Source: Chara braunii (lineage: Eukaryota > Plantae > Charophyceae). Taken from it: a DNA stretch of 64,000 nt. The position numbers and the translations under genes were made by a program. The stretch spans positions 5,156,183 to 5,220,182 of the forward strand of contig BFEA01000028.1 of assembly GCA_003427395.1 (NCBI GenBank), read 5' to 3'. Below the pieces are notes generated by a model. The model saw nothing but the letters and a program-made list of their open reading frames with translations, was not told the origin of the DNA and ran no database searches. Shown piece after piece: positions 63,095 through 64,000 of this stretch (position 1 is its first letter; every line of letters begins with the position of its first letter).

Positions 63095-64000
63095 GTGCAA
63101 GCTATAAGCTATAAACGAGTGATCTCACCTATGAAATTGCATCAGAAAATTGACGAGAATTTATGACCGAACCCTGGACTTGTAGCTAGATGCGTGCAAA
63201 CCGACACACTACAACATAGGGGCCAGCTTCGAAAATACAACAGATATGGGACGTGCTTCTAAATTCAAAGCACTACAGTCATTAAAGTGACACTGGCTAT
63301 GGCTAGATATTATAAATCATACCATTCTTCCTTTTAAGCTGGCCTACACGAATGGCCAGGTACCCAACTCCAGCAATCCAATCAGCTAATGGAAGAGGCT
63401 GAAGGAGTTCCGGAAACACAGAGTATGTGTAGTCAGGTAGTCTGCACAGAAAGCCTTGAAGTTATCAAACCTATCTTGATCATAGCAAGGAAATTGAATC
63501 TAGCCTAGGTTTGTGACCTGAAACGGAACATCCCAAATTAAATCCAACCTACCAAGTCGGCTAGATGAATCCACTAAACTTCAGACGGAAACACTAAAAA
63601 TTGTNGCCAACATAGAGAAATAAACACGTGCAGCAACGATTNCCCAACTTAATATCTCCCTCCAAACGGTAGGGAGTGACGAAGGGATTATAGCTACTTA
63701 TACTTCAAAAGTAACGCTCGATAGCTGCCTCATCATGGCACTCGATGATGAAGTGAACTTCAGATGCCTTCATCATCTGAGATTACCTACTGCACGAGAC
63801 AGTCCTATAGGTTGCTTCGGGTTGAGTAAGATCGATTAAATCTGACTGCTGGGTTGGCCATCCGCCCATTCAAGCAGCTGGATAGACCAACACCATAGCA
63901 AAGGCTATGGTGGGCCAAGCAGTTGCACGCCTATACAATCACTCGCTTTGCCACTCACAGGATGTGCAAATATAGCGCCGTGCATCCTTGGTTCTGCTGG

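Noticed and set aside
63095-64000. Possible LINE ORF1 remnant
   Set aside because: Looks like decayed coding sequence, but no motif could be recognised.

Overview
Repeat-dominated eukaryotic DNA with three assembly gaps. The style (Gypsy accessory domain, plant-type U6, L1/Tx1 LINEs) suggests a streptophyte alga such as Chara; this is inference only. One plausible host gene is visible: a 105-aa ORF at 4204-4521 (-). The rest is nested mobile elements, many with boundaries fixed by target-site duplications (TSDs). (1) A twin-primed, 5'-inverted L1/Tx1 LINE at 8335-28507 with 14-bp TSD AATAGCCTGAAATT. (2) Its ORF2 is split by a 16.7-kb Ty3/gypsy insertion at 9149-25833 (TSD GCCC). This carries gag-pol plus three downstream ORFs, two of them joined by ATGA overlaps, and has a perfect CGTCACA-TA-TGTGACG head-to-tail junction where a PPT is expected. 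(3) Related TG..CA units with 4-bp TSDs and no paired LTRs: 29052-34201, 35269-45457, and nested 36037-43708. They carry a canonical type III hammerhead ribozyme (32645-32699), an array of seven conserved stem-loops with unique spacers (39151-39770), internal PBS-like sites and a conserved unknown Cys/His ORF. (4) Two U6 snRNA retrocopies, tRNA-derived SINEs, MITEs, further LINE fragments and degenerate gypsy remnants. The main candidate for a novel system is this family of Gypsy-related units with unusual ends and RNA cargo.
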